Shown one piece after another: positions 8,511 through 17,314 of a DNA stretch of 64,000 nucleotides. The DNA is taken from contig JBAZWK010000001.1 of the NCBI GenBank assembly GCA_041660365.1, positions 1,524 to 65,523 on the forward strand. The letters run 5' to 3'. A model generated the notes under the pieces. It had not been told where the DNA came from, did not search any database, and saw only the letters and a program-made list of their open reading frames with translations. Position 1 is the stretch's first letter. Every line of letters begins with the position of its first letter. This DNA is from Candidatus Shapirobacteria bacterium. Lineage in GTDB: Bacteria > Patescibacteriota > Microgenomatia > UBA12405. The position numbers were made by a program, and so were the translations under genes.

Positions 8511-10850
8511 TTATTGAAATATGGCACTTAACTCTGAATCAGACATATCATCAACTGTCTTGTCTAAAACCAAGGGAGGGTTAGTAATAATTTCTGTGCC
8601 TGAGGGAGGGTTTGTGGTTGTTTTTATAAAACTCTCACTAGAGAGACTAGTACTAGATAGTTTTATAGAAATAGGGTCAAACCCTCCAACCCTCCCCAGC
8701 TCTTCAAGAAGTCCTTCGTTGTTTTTAAGCTTAATCCCCTGGTAATGGATCAATCCCCCATTACGTTTTACTTTGTTATGTTTCTCTGTCATCATTTTTC
8801 CAAAGAGCGTGTTGCTTAACATGTCGCGATCCTTTAGTTTTGCATCTTCTGCCCAAGACACATAGTTTTTGTACAGGACTGTTGATTGTGTTAACACACC
8901 TTCAGTTTCTTCACACTCACTGACGATAAAATCGGACAATACGTCGTTCTCAGATTGATATGTTTTGGTTGCTATCTCAACTACTTCAGGTGTTGGGCTT
9001 AGGCCTTCTTTCTGCCATAGTAAGCACCCTTCAATTAACCAGTTTAGAATCCCAGATGATTCTGTTTCTAGTTTAGATACAAGATTTTCATCTTGTTCTT
9101 CTGGTTTGAATATCCGATTAAAACTGATTAGTTTAATTCTTCGCCAAAATCCGAAACTGTTGTCGTCAACACCAGGTAGATGATTGATGAACATCCAAGG
9201 TTTTGCTGTCGGTTTGAAAGTAAAGTTCTCTTGATAAAGATATCGAGCAGTGACATTATCACCGCCAGTCCAAGCCTTTAGTCTTTGTTCGTTAATTCGT
9301 GCAGTGGTCAATGTCTCACTGGATACTAAGAATCGTTTGAACTCTGTCGCTGCTTCATCGTTACTATTACTCGCCTGAAGATTTTTGCGAAAAAGACTAG
9401 CTGGCGCGTCATACGAATAGTCTCCCAATATATTAGAGATGGTCTTGAACATGACGCTTTTTCCGTTTGCACCATTACCATAACAAAAGAATGCGGCCTG
9501 ACTTTTGACACTTCCAGTTATTGAGTAACCCAATGCTTTTTGAACGTATCGAATTAGCTCTTTGTCACCTTGAAATATCTCGTCAAGAAACTGTTCCCAC
9601 CTTGGACAAGGTGCACCTGAATCATAGGTAACACTTGCTTGCATTGTAATTCTGTCTTCTGGTTGTCCATCTCTTAATTTACCAGTGGTTAGGTCAATAA
9701 TCCCATTTTTACACGATAACAACATTTCATTAGAATCCCAGTTTTTACCATCATCAGTTATTGGATGTTGATCTCTTGCAAGGGCAATGGCTGCTTCTAT
9801 CTTTTGCCTACTTTCGCTTTGCATAGCCCATTTTGCTACAGCTTCCTTCTTTTTTGGATTCTCTATTGTTGAGGCTTCTACAAATCGTTTTCTGGCAGCA
9901 TCAATAGCGTATCGGCTTATAGATCCATTATTGTCAGGCTTCCATCTGTGCTGATCCCACACTAACCAACGATTACGTCGATGATCGAACCTTAACTTAT
10001 TTCCAAATAGTTCTGCTATCTTTTCGGCATTACCAGTATCAGTCAGATGTAGTTTCTTCTTTTTCTTTTTTGTTTTATCTGATGGTTCCTGATTAGTAGA
10101 TTCTAGTTTACTGTTTTGAACAAACTCCCAAGCTCTTGAGACATTATAATTAAACTCAGTTTCATCTAAAGGTGGAGTAAAAGTTTGATTCATTCCAAAG
10201 AGGATTCTTTTACCTTCATCATAATTAGTTGAATAGAATTGATGACATGCCCATTGATACAACTTTCCACTTCTCTCACCTTCAGGAATATCTATAAAGT
10301 CTTTGATTACTAATGGGGTATAGTCAGTCGGACTCTTTTTATCTCCTCTAATTAGATTTTCTATGTCCAATGGAAGAGATTCCAACTTATTTATATTTTC
10401 AGTTGGATCACTTAACCACCTTCTATTATTGAAAGGTGGTAATAAAGCATATGAACGATCCCCTTTAATATCAATATGGAGTTCTGGGTTTGAATGACTT
10501 TGAATTCGTCTGTTGTACTTAAAGTAATAGTGTTTGCCACCACTTTGAGAAACAGCTTCTAGTGGAGAATGAAATCCCCATTCAGGTAATCCTTTCTTTA
10601 TACGGTCGTCGTCTACGATCATGACACCAGAAATATCACCAGTGACTACGGCCAGATAATACCCTTTATTTATCCATCTTTCGACGTCTTCAAGAGAGGC
10701 TTTGTTTGTTTGATATTTCTTCCATTTGTATACAGGTTTTTTGTCACCTTTTGAGCTTATTGGAATTATGGACCAGCCCAATTCTATATATTTTTTAGCG
10801 TATTCTAACGCGTTAAATTCTTGGGGTATTTTGTCCATCTTCATCATCAA
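8511..10850 (-). CDS. Bifunctional primase/polymerase + D5/P4-family SF3 helicase
   Basis: Prim-Pol motifs (GWSIIP, IVDDD, SQSGGKHYYF), PriCT-like EGERS, D5_N TDTGNAE, Walker A GNGANGKS, GFWRRI. Confidence 0.9.
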   Translation of the reverse strand: MMMKMDKIPQEFNALEYAKKYIELGWSIIPISSKGDKKPVYKWKKYQTNKASLEDVERWINKGYYLAVVTGDISGVMIVDDDRIKKGLPEWGFHSPLEAVSQSGGKHYYFKYNRRIQSHSNPELHIDIKGDRSYALLPPFNNRRWLSDPTENINKLESLPLDIENLIRGDKKSPTDYTPLVIKDFIDIPEGERSGKLYQWACHQFYSTNYDEGKRILFGMNQTFTPPLDETEFNYNVSRAWEFVQNSKLESTNQEPSDKTKKKKKKLHLTDTGNAEKIAELFGNKLRFDHRRNRWLVWDQHRWKPDNNGSISRYAIDAARKRFVEASTIENPKKKEAVAKWAMQSESRQKIEAAIALARDQHPITDDGKNWDSNEMLLSCKNGIIDLTTGKLRDGQPEDRITMQASVTYDSGAPCPRWEQFLDEIFQGDKELIRYVQKALGYSITGSVKSQAAFFCYGNGANGKSVMFKTISNILGDYSYDAPASLFRKNLQASNSNDEAATEFKRFLVSSETLTTARINEQRLKAWTGGDNVTARYLYQENFTFKPTAKPWMFINHLPGVDDNSFGFWRRIKLISFNRIFKPEEQDENLVSKLETESSGILNWLIEGCLLWQKEGLSPTPEVVEIATKTYQSENDVLSDFIVSECEETEGVLTQSTVLYKNYVSWAEDAKLKDRDMLSNTLFGKMMTEKHNKVKRNGGLIHYQGIKLKNNEGLLEELGRVGGFDPISIKLSSTSLSSESFIKTTTNPPSGTEIITNPPLVLDKTVDDMSDSELSAIFQ
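8575..8695. repeat. Inverted iteron pairs (GGAGGGTT x2 and AACCCTCC x2) around an AT-rich palindromic core; candidate replication origin
   Basis: GGAGGGTT at 8575 and 8605; AACCCTCC at 8680 and 8688. Confidence 0.55.
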
Positions 10851-10989
10851 TCACTAACTTTCCAGTCATATTATCTATAACTAGAACACCTTTGCCTTTA
10901 CAAACGGGACAAATGGTCTTCCCAAAAGAAACGGTGGTATATCCGTTACAGTTAGGGCATTTTTTTACTGTGAAATTTTCATCAGTCAT
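10813..10989 (-). CDS. Small Zn-finger protein (CxxCxG...CxxCxGxG)
   Basis: CPNCNG and CPVCKGKG; likely start MTDE at 10989; overlaps the primase start. Confidence 0.65.
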   Translation of the reverse strand: MTDENFTVKKCPNCNGYTTVSFGKTICPVCKGKGVLVIDNMTGKLVIDDEDGQNTPRI

Positions 10990-11434
10990 ACAATCAATGT
11001 AATTTATATTCCCAGCTCTATTCGTGGAGTTTCCTGGCTCTCGTATCAATCTCTCAAAAGAATTTCTTCTTCCTTACTTAATTTTAACAAGTGCAATACG
11101 TGTAGCGCAAGTGTTCTTATAGGATATGTTGCTTTTGTAAACATTGTCTTAAGAATCAATTCATAAAAGGTATTTTGATATGAAATATAGCCAATTGGAA
11201 ATAAATTTACTATATTTTAATTTATTGCGTGTATTACCGTAAAAATAATATAGTTTATGAGTTTATGAAAATTTACTTATGTAGTTATATTGATAGTTCT
11301 GTTAGAATTTTTTTGCTGAATTAGATAATTTTGATTAACATCTTCAAAATGATTAATTTTTATCAACGGAAATTTGTTATATCCTTTGTTTAGGGTAATT
11401 ATCAATTTTACAATTTTATTGTAACTAATTCCAG

Positions 11435-12976
11435 GGACTTGGGGCGAGTTGGAACCCAGAGGCGATTTTGGTAGGAAGTACGAGTGCTTCTTATCAGTGG
11501 ACAATGACGCCATTTGTAAAAAATTATGACTTATTAATTAGTGCTTTGGAAGCAAATGGTTTAGTAAAGAATCAAGATTTTTATGTATGGAATTATGACT
11601 GGCGAAAACCGTTGTCACAAATAGTAAATGATTTTAATGATTTTATAAATGGATTGAATTTACAAAATGGCGAGAAAGTAGATCTTGTGGGTCATAGTTT
11701 GGGTGGTTTATTGGCTCGGGTGTGGACTCAGGATCATCCGGAAATGGTGGGAGAAGTGATTACTTTGGGTAGTCCACATTTTGGGGCGCTTAAGGCATAT
11801 GAGGCTTGGAATGGAGCAAAAATTAGTGATAATTTTGATGTGGCTTCAGTGGCTCTGAACGTTTTGTTACAACTGGAAAAAAAGAACAATAATACTAGTG
11901 TAGAAACATTGAGAAACTACGCTCCGATTGTTTTTGATTTGTCCCCTACTTTTACTTTTTTGAAGAGAAATGGGGTTAATGTTTTAACGAAAAGCAGTCA
12001 GTATTTAAATGATAAAAATAATTCGGTAAATTTAATTAAAGATAAATTGATGACGGTTGATGGTCAGGGAGTATCGACCAAAGAATGGATAAAATTAGGG
12101 GACAGATCGGTGATTGATAAAATTTTAGGAGTATGGGAAGAAGGCCGTCCGACATCGTACTTATATGGAATTGGTGATGGCACCGTATTGAAAAAGAGCG
12201 CCATAATAAGCGGGACCGAGACAATGGAATTTAGTTCTAATCATGGTGATTTGGTTAACAAATCAACAAATTTTGTTTTGGAAAAATTGGGTTTGGGAAC
12301 AACGGTGAAAATAACAGCAGATAATATTCCCTTAAAACAGGCAGTATTTTATTTAGGTTCTCCGGCGAATATGATAGTTAATTGCGGCGGAACAGAAAGA
12401 AGTGAAAATAATGGTTGGGTGATAATGGAAAATCAAGATAGTAAAAATTGTATCGTAAAATTAATGGGTAAAGATGGCGGTGGAACTTATCATTTAGTGA
12501 TTGGTGATAATGACAACTGGAAATATGTGGAAGGGGAAATTGTTGATAGTCAGCAAATTAGTTTAACGGTAAATAGTGAAGATATTTATTGGCAGATGTT
12601 AAAACGTGATTTTCAAAGTTTGGGAATAAACACTTCGACGATTGATAATAAAAACATTTTAACGACGGCTGATATTTATATTAATTTTAGAGCGATCAAT
12701 AAAAATTATAAATTGAGTGAAGAAATAATTGATAATTTGAAAACTATTTTGGCAAAGAAAAGTGTCAGTAGTACAGATTTAAATAGTACCTATAACAAGG
12801 CATTAAGTTCTAAGTCTTTAGTTGATACTAATTTAAGATTAATGGCCAGAAATGGGGTTAATCCCCAGTACTCGGCGGCGATTACTTATGATCAGGCTAA
12901 TAAATTAATGGCTGAAGGAAAAAACTATGCGGCAAATTATTTGGCGTCGAAACTATTTGGAATTGTCTGGAAATAA
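11435..12976 (+). pseudogene. 5'-truncated alpha/beta-hydrolase (PGAP1/LCAT-like lipase/acyltransferase)
   Basis: GHSLGG, YDWRK and TLGSPH motifs; frame extends upstream as GLGASWNPEAIL then meets TAA at 11426, with the expected LIPG in another frame. Confidence 0.65.
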
Positions 12977-12992
12977 TTTCTCTAAGTGTTTA

Positions 12993-13262
12993 TTACTCGG
13001 CATCAATAGGAACGTATCCTGGTAATAAATCGTATCTAAATCCATTTGTATTTAAGGAGCCAGTTTTTATTTCACTAAATCCGACTTTTTCTGGGTTTCT
13101 AATAGCTGATTCTGGACAGCCTTCATCAGTTAAAACTTTTGCTAGATCTTGTCTTTTTGAACAATAGTTTTCACCATTTTCGTTGGCTTTAACAAATACA
13201 CATTCATGTTTTTGACATATTTTAAGTATGTCTTGTTCGGACAATTCTGTTTGATTTGCCAT
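12993..13262 (-). CDS. Hypothetical protein
   Basis: Likely start MANQ at 13262 (the longer ORF overlaps the tRNA). Confidence 0.55.
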   Translation of the reverse strand: MANQTELSEQDILKICQKHECVFVKANENGENYCSKRQDLAKVLTDEGCPESAIRNPEKVGFSEIKTGSLNTNGFRYDLLPGYVPIDAE

Positions 13263-13295
13263 ATTAAGTTGATAATAACATTTTTTTAAAAAATG

Positions 13296-13369
13296 TGGTT
13301 GTTGCGGGACTTGAACCTGCGACCTCATCAATGTGAATGATGCGCTCTAACCAACTGAGCTAAACAACC
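13296..13369 (-). tRNA. tRNA-Val(CAC)
   Basis: GGTTGTT/AACAACC acceptor stem, D arm GCTC/GAGC, anticodon arm CATCA-TTCACAT-TGATG, T loop GGTTCAAGTCC. Confidence 0.95.
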
Positions 13370-13383
13370 AGATTGTTAATGAA

Positions 13384-13429
13384 TGCTCTACCAACTGACC
13401 TGCCTGCCGGCGGGCAGGGCTAAACAACC
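13384..13429 (-). pseudogene. tRNA 5'-half remnant interrupted by a 20-bp palindrome
   Basis: GGTTGTTTAGC[insert]TCAGTTGGTAGAGCA matches the 5' part of the adjacent tRNA-Val. Confidence 0.75.
13399..13418. repeat. GC-rich REP-like palindrome CCTGCCTGCCGGCGGGCAGG
   Basis: Near-perfect 20-bp inverted repeat inserted cleanly into the tRNA remnant. Confidence 0.75.
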
Positions 13430-13480
13430 AATACTGAGAGATTATACCAAAAATGGCTCCGAATAAGGGTATAATTAGCT

Positions 13481-14851
13481 ATGAATAAATTGGGTATAGT
13501 AGTTTTTGGAGTAACAAGTAATTTAGCTCAGCTAAAACTGTTGCCGGCTTTATTTGAATTGTGGCGACGGGGAAACATTGACAAAAATGTTTCAATAATC
13601 GGTTTATCGCATCGGGAAAGAAGTGAAGAGGAGATGAAAAACATATTTCGAGAGTCGTTAAAAAATAGAAAGTTAGTGTTCGATGAAGATTTGTTTGAAA
13701 ATTTTTGGCAATGTTTTACTTTTTTTTCAGGTAATTTAGACGAAAAGAAAATTTATGAAAAAACGGCTAAAGAATTATTAAAAGAAAATATAGAAAACGT
13801 TATTTTTTATTTGGCGGTCCATCCAAATTTATATGAGGGTATTTTTGAAAATTTAAAAAAGTGCAGTTTAAATAAAAATACTAAAGGCTTTGTGAAAGTG
13901 ATGATTGAAAAACCAATTGGAAGCGATTTTGTTAGCGCTAAAAAATTAAATGATTTGATGAGTAAGTATTTTTTGGAGTCGCAAATTTTTAGAATTGATC
14001 ACTATTTAATTAAGGAAACAATCCAAAATATTTTGATGTTTAGATTTCACAATAAAATTTTTGAGGCTTTGTGGAATAAAAATATGATTGATCATATTCA
14101 GGTGACAGCGGCAGAGGATTTTGGAGTGGAAATGAGAAACGCTTATTATGATTCGGTGGGGGCATTAAAAGATATGGGTCAAAGTCATGTACTGCAGATG
14201 ATTGCTTTGATTTTAATGAAAAAACCGGTATGTTTTGATAATAAGGAAATAACTGCTGAAAGGATGTCTGTCTTTAATAATTTAGTCCCCTGTCCGGAAA
14301 CCTTGGTCTTGGGGCAATATGAAAATTATAGTAAAGAAAAACTGTCGACAGATACATTTTTTGCCTTTAAAACAGAACTAAATATTAAAGAATTTAAAGG
14401 TGTGCCAATTTATGTCCGAAGTGGAAAAAAGCTTAAAAGCACAGCAACGGAAATTTCGGTAGTGTTCAAAAATGAAGCCGATCGAGATCCGAATGTATTA
14501 ATTTTTAGAATTCAACCAAATGAAGGAATAGTTTTAGAAATGGCGGTGAAAAAACCGGGTTTAGAGATGAAGTCAGAAAAAGCGACTATGCAATTTTGTT
14601 ACCATCAATTGGGAAAATTAAGCGAAGCTTATGAAAAATTGTTAGTAGATGCAATTAATGGCGAGCAAACTTATTTTAATGATGCAGTAGAAGTGGAGGC
14701 CCAATGGAAATTTATAGACGCCCTGAATGCTAAAAAATCAAAGATAAGTATCTATAATCCTGGAACTTGGGGACCAAAAGAGGCTGATGAGTTAATAGAA
14801 AGAGATGGCCGAAAATGGTTGGAACCATCTTTGGCATTGTGCCGAATCTGA
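13481..14851 (+). CDS. zwf: Glucose-6-phosphate 1-dehydrogenase
   Basis: IEKPIG, FRIDHYL.KE, GVPIYVRSGK, Y.PGTWGP motifs. Confidence 0.95.
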   Translation: MNKLGIVVFGVTSNLAQLKLLPALFELWRRGNIDKNVSIIGLSHRERSEEEMKNIFRESLKNRKLVFDEDLFENFWQCFTFFSGNLDEKKIYEKTAKELLKENIENVIFYLAVHPNLYEGIFENLKKCSLNKNTKGFVKVMIEKPIGSDFVSAKKLNDLMSKYFLESQIFRIDHYLIKETIQNILMFRFHNKIFEALWNKNMIDHIQVTAAEDFGVEMRNAYYDSVGALKDMGQSHVLQMIALILMKKPVCFDNKEITAERMSVFNNLVPCPETLVLGQYENYSKEKLSTDTFFAFKTELNIKEFKGVPIYVRSGKKLKSTATEISVVFKNEADRDPNVLIFRIQPNEGIVLEMAVKKPGLEMKSEKATMQFCYHQLGKLSEAYEKLLVDAINGEQTYFNDAVEVEAQWKFIDALNAKKSKISIYNPGTWGPKEADELIERDGRKWLEPSLALCRI

Positions 14852-14870
14852 AAAAGTTATAAACTGATCT

Positions 14871-15449
14871 ATGAAATTTAGAAAAGCTTTTTCTTTAGGT
14901 AATTTTATTTTAGAGTTTGTTCAATCGATTGTTTTAGCCCTATCTGTTTTTGTTTTACTTTATCTATTTGTGGTGCAGCCAAATCAAGTTAGTGGTAGTT
15001 CTATGGAACCAAACTTTAAAAATGGTGAATATTTGTTGACTGATAAGTTAACTTATCAGTTTTCTAGTCCTCAACGTGGCCAAGTGGTGGTTTTTAGAGC
15101 GCCAGCTTCTGAGCCGTGTTCAGCTGATGAATGTGAATATATTAAGAGAATAATTGCTTTGCCCGGTGATAGGATAAAAGTTGAAAATCAAAAAGTTTAT
15201 TTAAATGGACAATTATTAAATCAAAGTTGGATACCGACTGATTTTGTGACTGAACCAGGGTCTTATTGTCAAGAAGGGGTAGAGGTGACAGTTCCATTGG
15301 GAACTTATTTAGTTTTTGGAGATAATCGATCTCATTCTCGGGATGGTCGAGAATTTGGACCAATCAAAAAAGATTCGATTGTGGGGAGAGCTTTTTTTGT
15401 ATACTGGCCAATTAAATCGATGGGTTTAGTTCCCACTATCAGCTTTTAA
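14871..15449 (+). CDS. lepB: Signal peptidase I
   Basis: GSSMEP, YIKRII, GDNR.HS.DGR.FG. Confidence 0.95.
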   Translation: MKFRKAFSLGNFILEFVQSIVLALSVFVLLYLFVVQPNQVSGSSMEPNFKNGEYLLTDKLTYQFSSPQRGQVVVFRAPASEPCSADECEYIKRIIALPGDRIKVENQKVYLNGQLLNQSWIPTDFVTEPGSYCQEGVEVTVPLGTYLVFGDNRSHSRDGREFGPIKKDSIVGRAFFVYWPIKSMGLVPTISF

Positions 15450-16274
15450 ATCTTTTTTACAGATTTGTTTGTACAATTCACTTAATTCAGTAAAACGTTT
15501 TTCGATTGGACCTCGGAATTGAAAAACAACTCGAGTGTAAATGTTAGTTTGAGAAATTTTAACTTTAGTAGTTTTATCGTCAAAAACTGATTCTAAGTCG
15601 TTACTGATATTATCTAAACGGGATTTTAAAAATTGAGGAATATTTTCTTTATTGATGGGAACTAAACCTTCTTCTATTTTTTGACGCATGCGTCTGGCGA
15701 TTTCTTCGGCGCGACGAACGGAAGCTTTTTCTTTGAGAATGATTTTATAGGCTTCAATCATTAAACGGGTGTCACCAATGCCAGAAAGGGCTCTAGCGTG
15801 ACCCTCAGAGATGATTCCAGAGAGTAAGCCGTCTTTTAACGCATCGGGAAGAGTCAAGAGTTTTAAGACGTTAATAACGTAAGGAACACTTTTGCTGACT
15901 TTTTTGGCAATGGCGTGATTATCGAGGTTAAATTCTTCTTTTAAACGTAAAAAAGCTTTGGCCCTTTCGATAGGATTAAGATCTTTACGTTGGACATTTT
16001 CGACTATAGCCATTTCCAACATTTGTTGAGGTGAAGTTTTTTTAATAATTGCCGGAACATAGGGTAATTTTAGAACACGGGCAGCGCGCCAGCGACGTTC
16101 GCCAGCAATAATTTGATAACCAGCGGGGGTTTGAGCAATAATTAAGGGTTCTAGAATGCCATGTTCGCGAATGGATTCAACTAATTCAGAAATCGAGTCA
16201 TTATTAATAATGCCGCGGGGTTGGAGTGGATTTGGTTCTAATTGATTGGTCGGAATTTGAGTGACATCTTTCAT
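15426..16274 (-). CDS. parB: ParB/Spo0J partition protein
   Basis: NPLQPR, IIAGERRWRA, ENVQRKDLNPIE. Confidence 0.95.
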   Translation of the reverse strand: MKDVTQIPTNQLEPNPLQPRGIINNDSISELVESIREHGILEPLIIAQTPAGYQIIAGERRWRAARVLKLPYVPAIIKKTSPQQMLEMAIVENVQRKDLNPIERAKAFLRLKEEFNLDNHAIAKKVSKSVPYVINVLKLLTLPDALKDGLLSGIISEGHARALSGIGDTRLMIEAYKIILKEKASVRRAEEIARRMRQKIEEGLVPINKENIPQFLKSRLDNISNDLESVFDDKTTKVKISQTNIYTRVVFQFRGPIEKRFTELSELYKQICKKDLKADSGN

Positions 16275-16324
16275 AGATTAAGACTACTATGAAAACCCCT
16301 GTGAAAAAAGAGAGATGAAATGTA

Positions 16325-16537
16325 TCAGATGCTTTTTCTGGTTTCTGGAACAGATTCGGACACAAGGTTTTCTATTAAAACTTGTTCTCCATCGTGAGTA
16401 TATCTAGTGGGTGCTATTGGTTTATTTTGATGAAGACGTTTAATCAAATCAGTGTTTGGGGTTGATGTTAGACCGATGTATTCCTCGTAAGAAGCTAAAG
16501 CTTGAAAATTTATTTCAGGTGCTTTTATTTTTGCCAT
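16325..16537 (-). CDS. Hypothetical protein
   Basis: 70-aa ORF starting 3 nt after the rpmA stop. Confidence 0.5.
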   Translation of the reverse strand: MAKIKAPEINFQALASYEEYIGLTSTPNTDLIKRLHQNKPIAPTRYTHDGEQVLIENLVSESVPETRKSI

Positions 16538-16540
16538 AAA

Positions 16541-16939
16541 TTATTTTTTAGAAATAGATTTTTTAACAGTTTTTTTAGTTGCTTTTACGGCTACTTTTTC
16601 GACAACGGCTTTTTTGGTGACGTATTTGGCTTTAACAATTTTACTAGCATGTTCAATAGCTTTTTTCTCAATTTTCTTAGATTTAGGTGGTGCTTTGACC
16701 ACAGAAACGAATTTTTTACCTAATTTCTTAAAGAATTTGACAACACCGGGACGCATAGCGTAAATTGTAAAATCTTTACCTTGTTTAGTGCCGATACCAG
16801 GGTGAAATTTAGAACCAACTTGGCGAACAATAATTTGACCAACTTCAGTTTTTTGATCACCAAATTTTTTTAAACCTCGTCTTTGTCCAGGACGGTTGGA
16901 CTTTTGATTGGTTTTACCTTGAGATTTGACATGTGCCAT
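16541..16939 (-). CDS. rpmA: 50S ribosomal protein L27 with Lys/Ala/Val-rich C-terminal tail
   Basis: MAHVK...RRGLKKFG...IIVRQ.GSKFHPG...GKDFTIYA. Confidence 0.95.
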   Translation of the reverse strand: MAHVKSQGKTNQKSNRPGQRRGLKKFGDQKTEVGQIIVRQVGSKFHPGIGTKQGKDFTIYAMRPGVVKFFKKLGKKFVSVVKAPPKSKKIEKKAIEHASKIVKAKYVTKKAVVEKVAVKATKKTVKKSISKK

Positions 16940-16978
16940 ATATTTTTGAAAAAAATTTTAAAGTATAAATTCTAAAAA

Positions 16979-17284
16979 TTAAAAATTTAACTTAGTAATT
17001 TTAATGTCGGTTAGTTGGGCACGGAAACCGTGAGTTTTTCGATAGCGGGATTTAGCTTTGAAAATGGAGACTCGAAGTTTTTCACCTTGATAATCTCGAA
17101 CGATTTCAAAATCGACCGAAGCACCCTTGACAGTAGGGGTGCCAACTGTAATTTTGTCGTCATTGACGGTTAAAAGAACTTGATCAGTGGATTTAAGCGC
17201 TGGATCGAGTTTATCAACTGTAATAACCTGATTTTCTTCAACTTTATATTGTGTGCCAGAAATGGCAATTACCGCGTATTTCAT
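16979..17284 (-). CDS. rplU: 50S ribosomal protein L21
   Basis: YAVI..SGTQYKV...FKAKSRYRKTHGFR. Confidence 0.95.
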   Translation of the reverse strand: MKYAVIAISGTQYKVEENQVITVDKLDPALKSTDQVLLTVNDDKITVGTPTVKGASVDFEIVRDYQGEKLRVSIFKAKSRYRKTHGFRAQLTDIKITKLNF

Positions 17285-17314
17285 ACTTTTCGATTATAAC
17301 ATAGGGTATTTTTT

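Larger units (their letters stand above)
1..11430. mobile_element. Right part of an integrated accessory element (satellite/prophage- or plasmid-like island); left end outside the window
   Basis: Primase-helicase, Zn-finger, XRE regulator, OLD-like and PD-(D/E)XK nucleases and many orphan ORFs; no housekeeping genes; right edge coincides with a 5'-truncated host-type gene. No integrase seen in the window. Confidence 0.7.

Noticed and set aside
11277-11513. 78-aa minus-strand ORF across the island junction
   Set aside because: Its first part is antisense to the hydrolase gene and it has no recognisable motif; probably a chance ORF or remnant.
13263-13331. N-terminal extension of ORF 12993..13331
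   Set aside because: Overlaps tRNA-Val; the ATG at 13262 is more plausible.
13296-13369. tRNA-Val as the attachment site of the left island
   Set aside because: No duplicated tRNA 3' end seen at the island edge; about 1.9 kb of other genes separate them.
15426-16320. parABS locus or replication origin near parB
   Set aside because: No parA, no dnaA and no recognisable parS palindrome noticed in the window.
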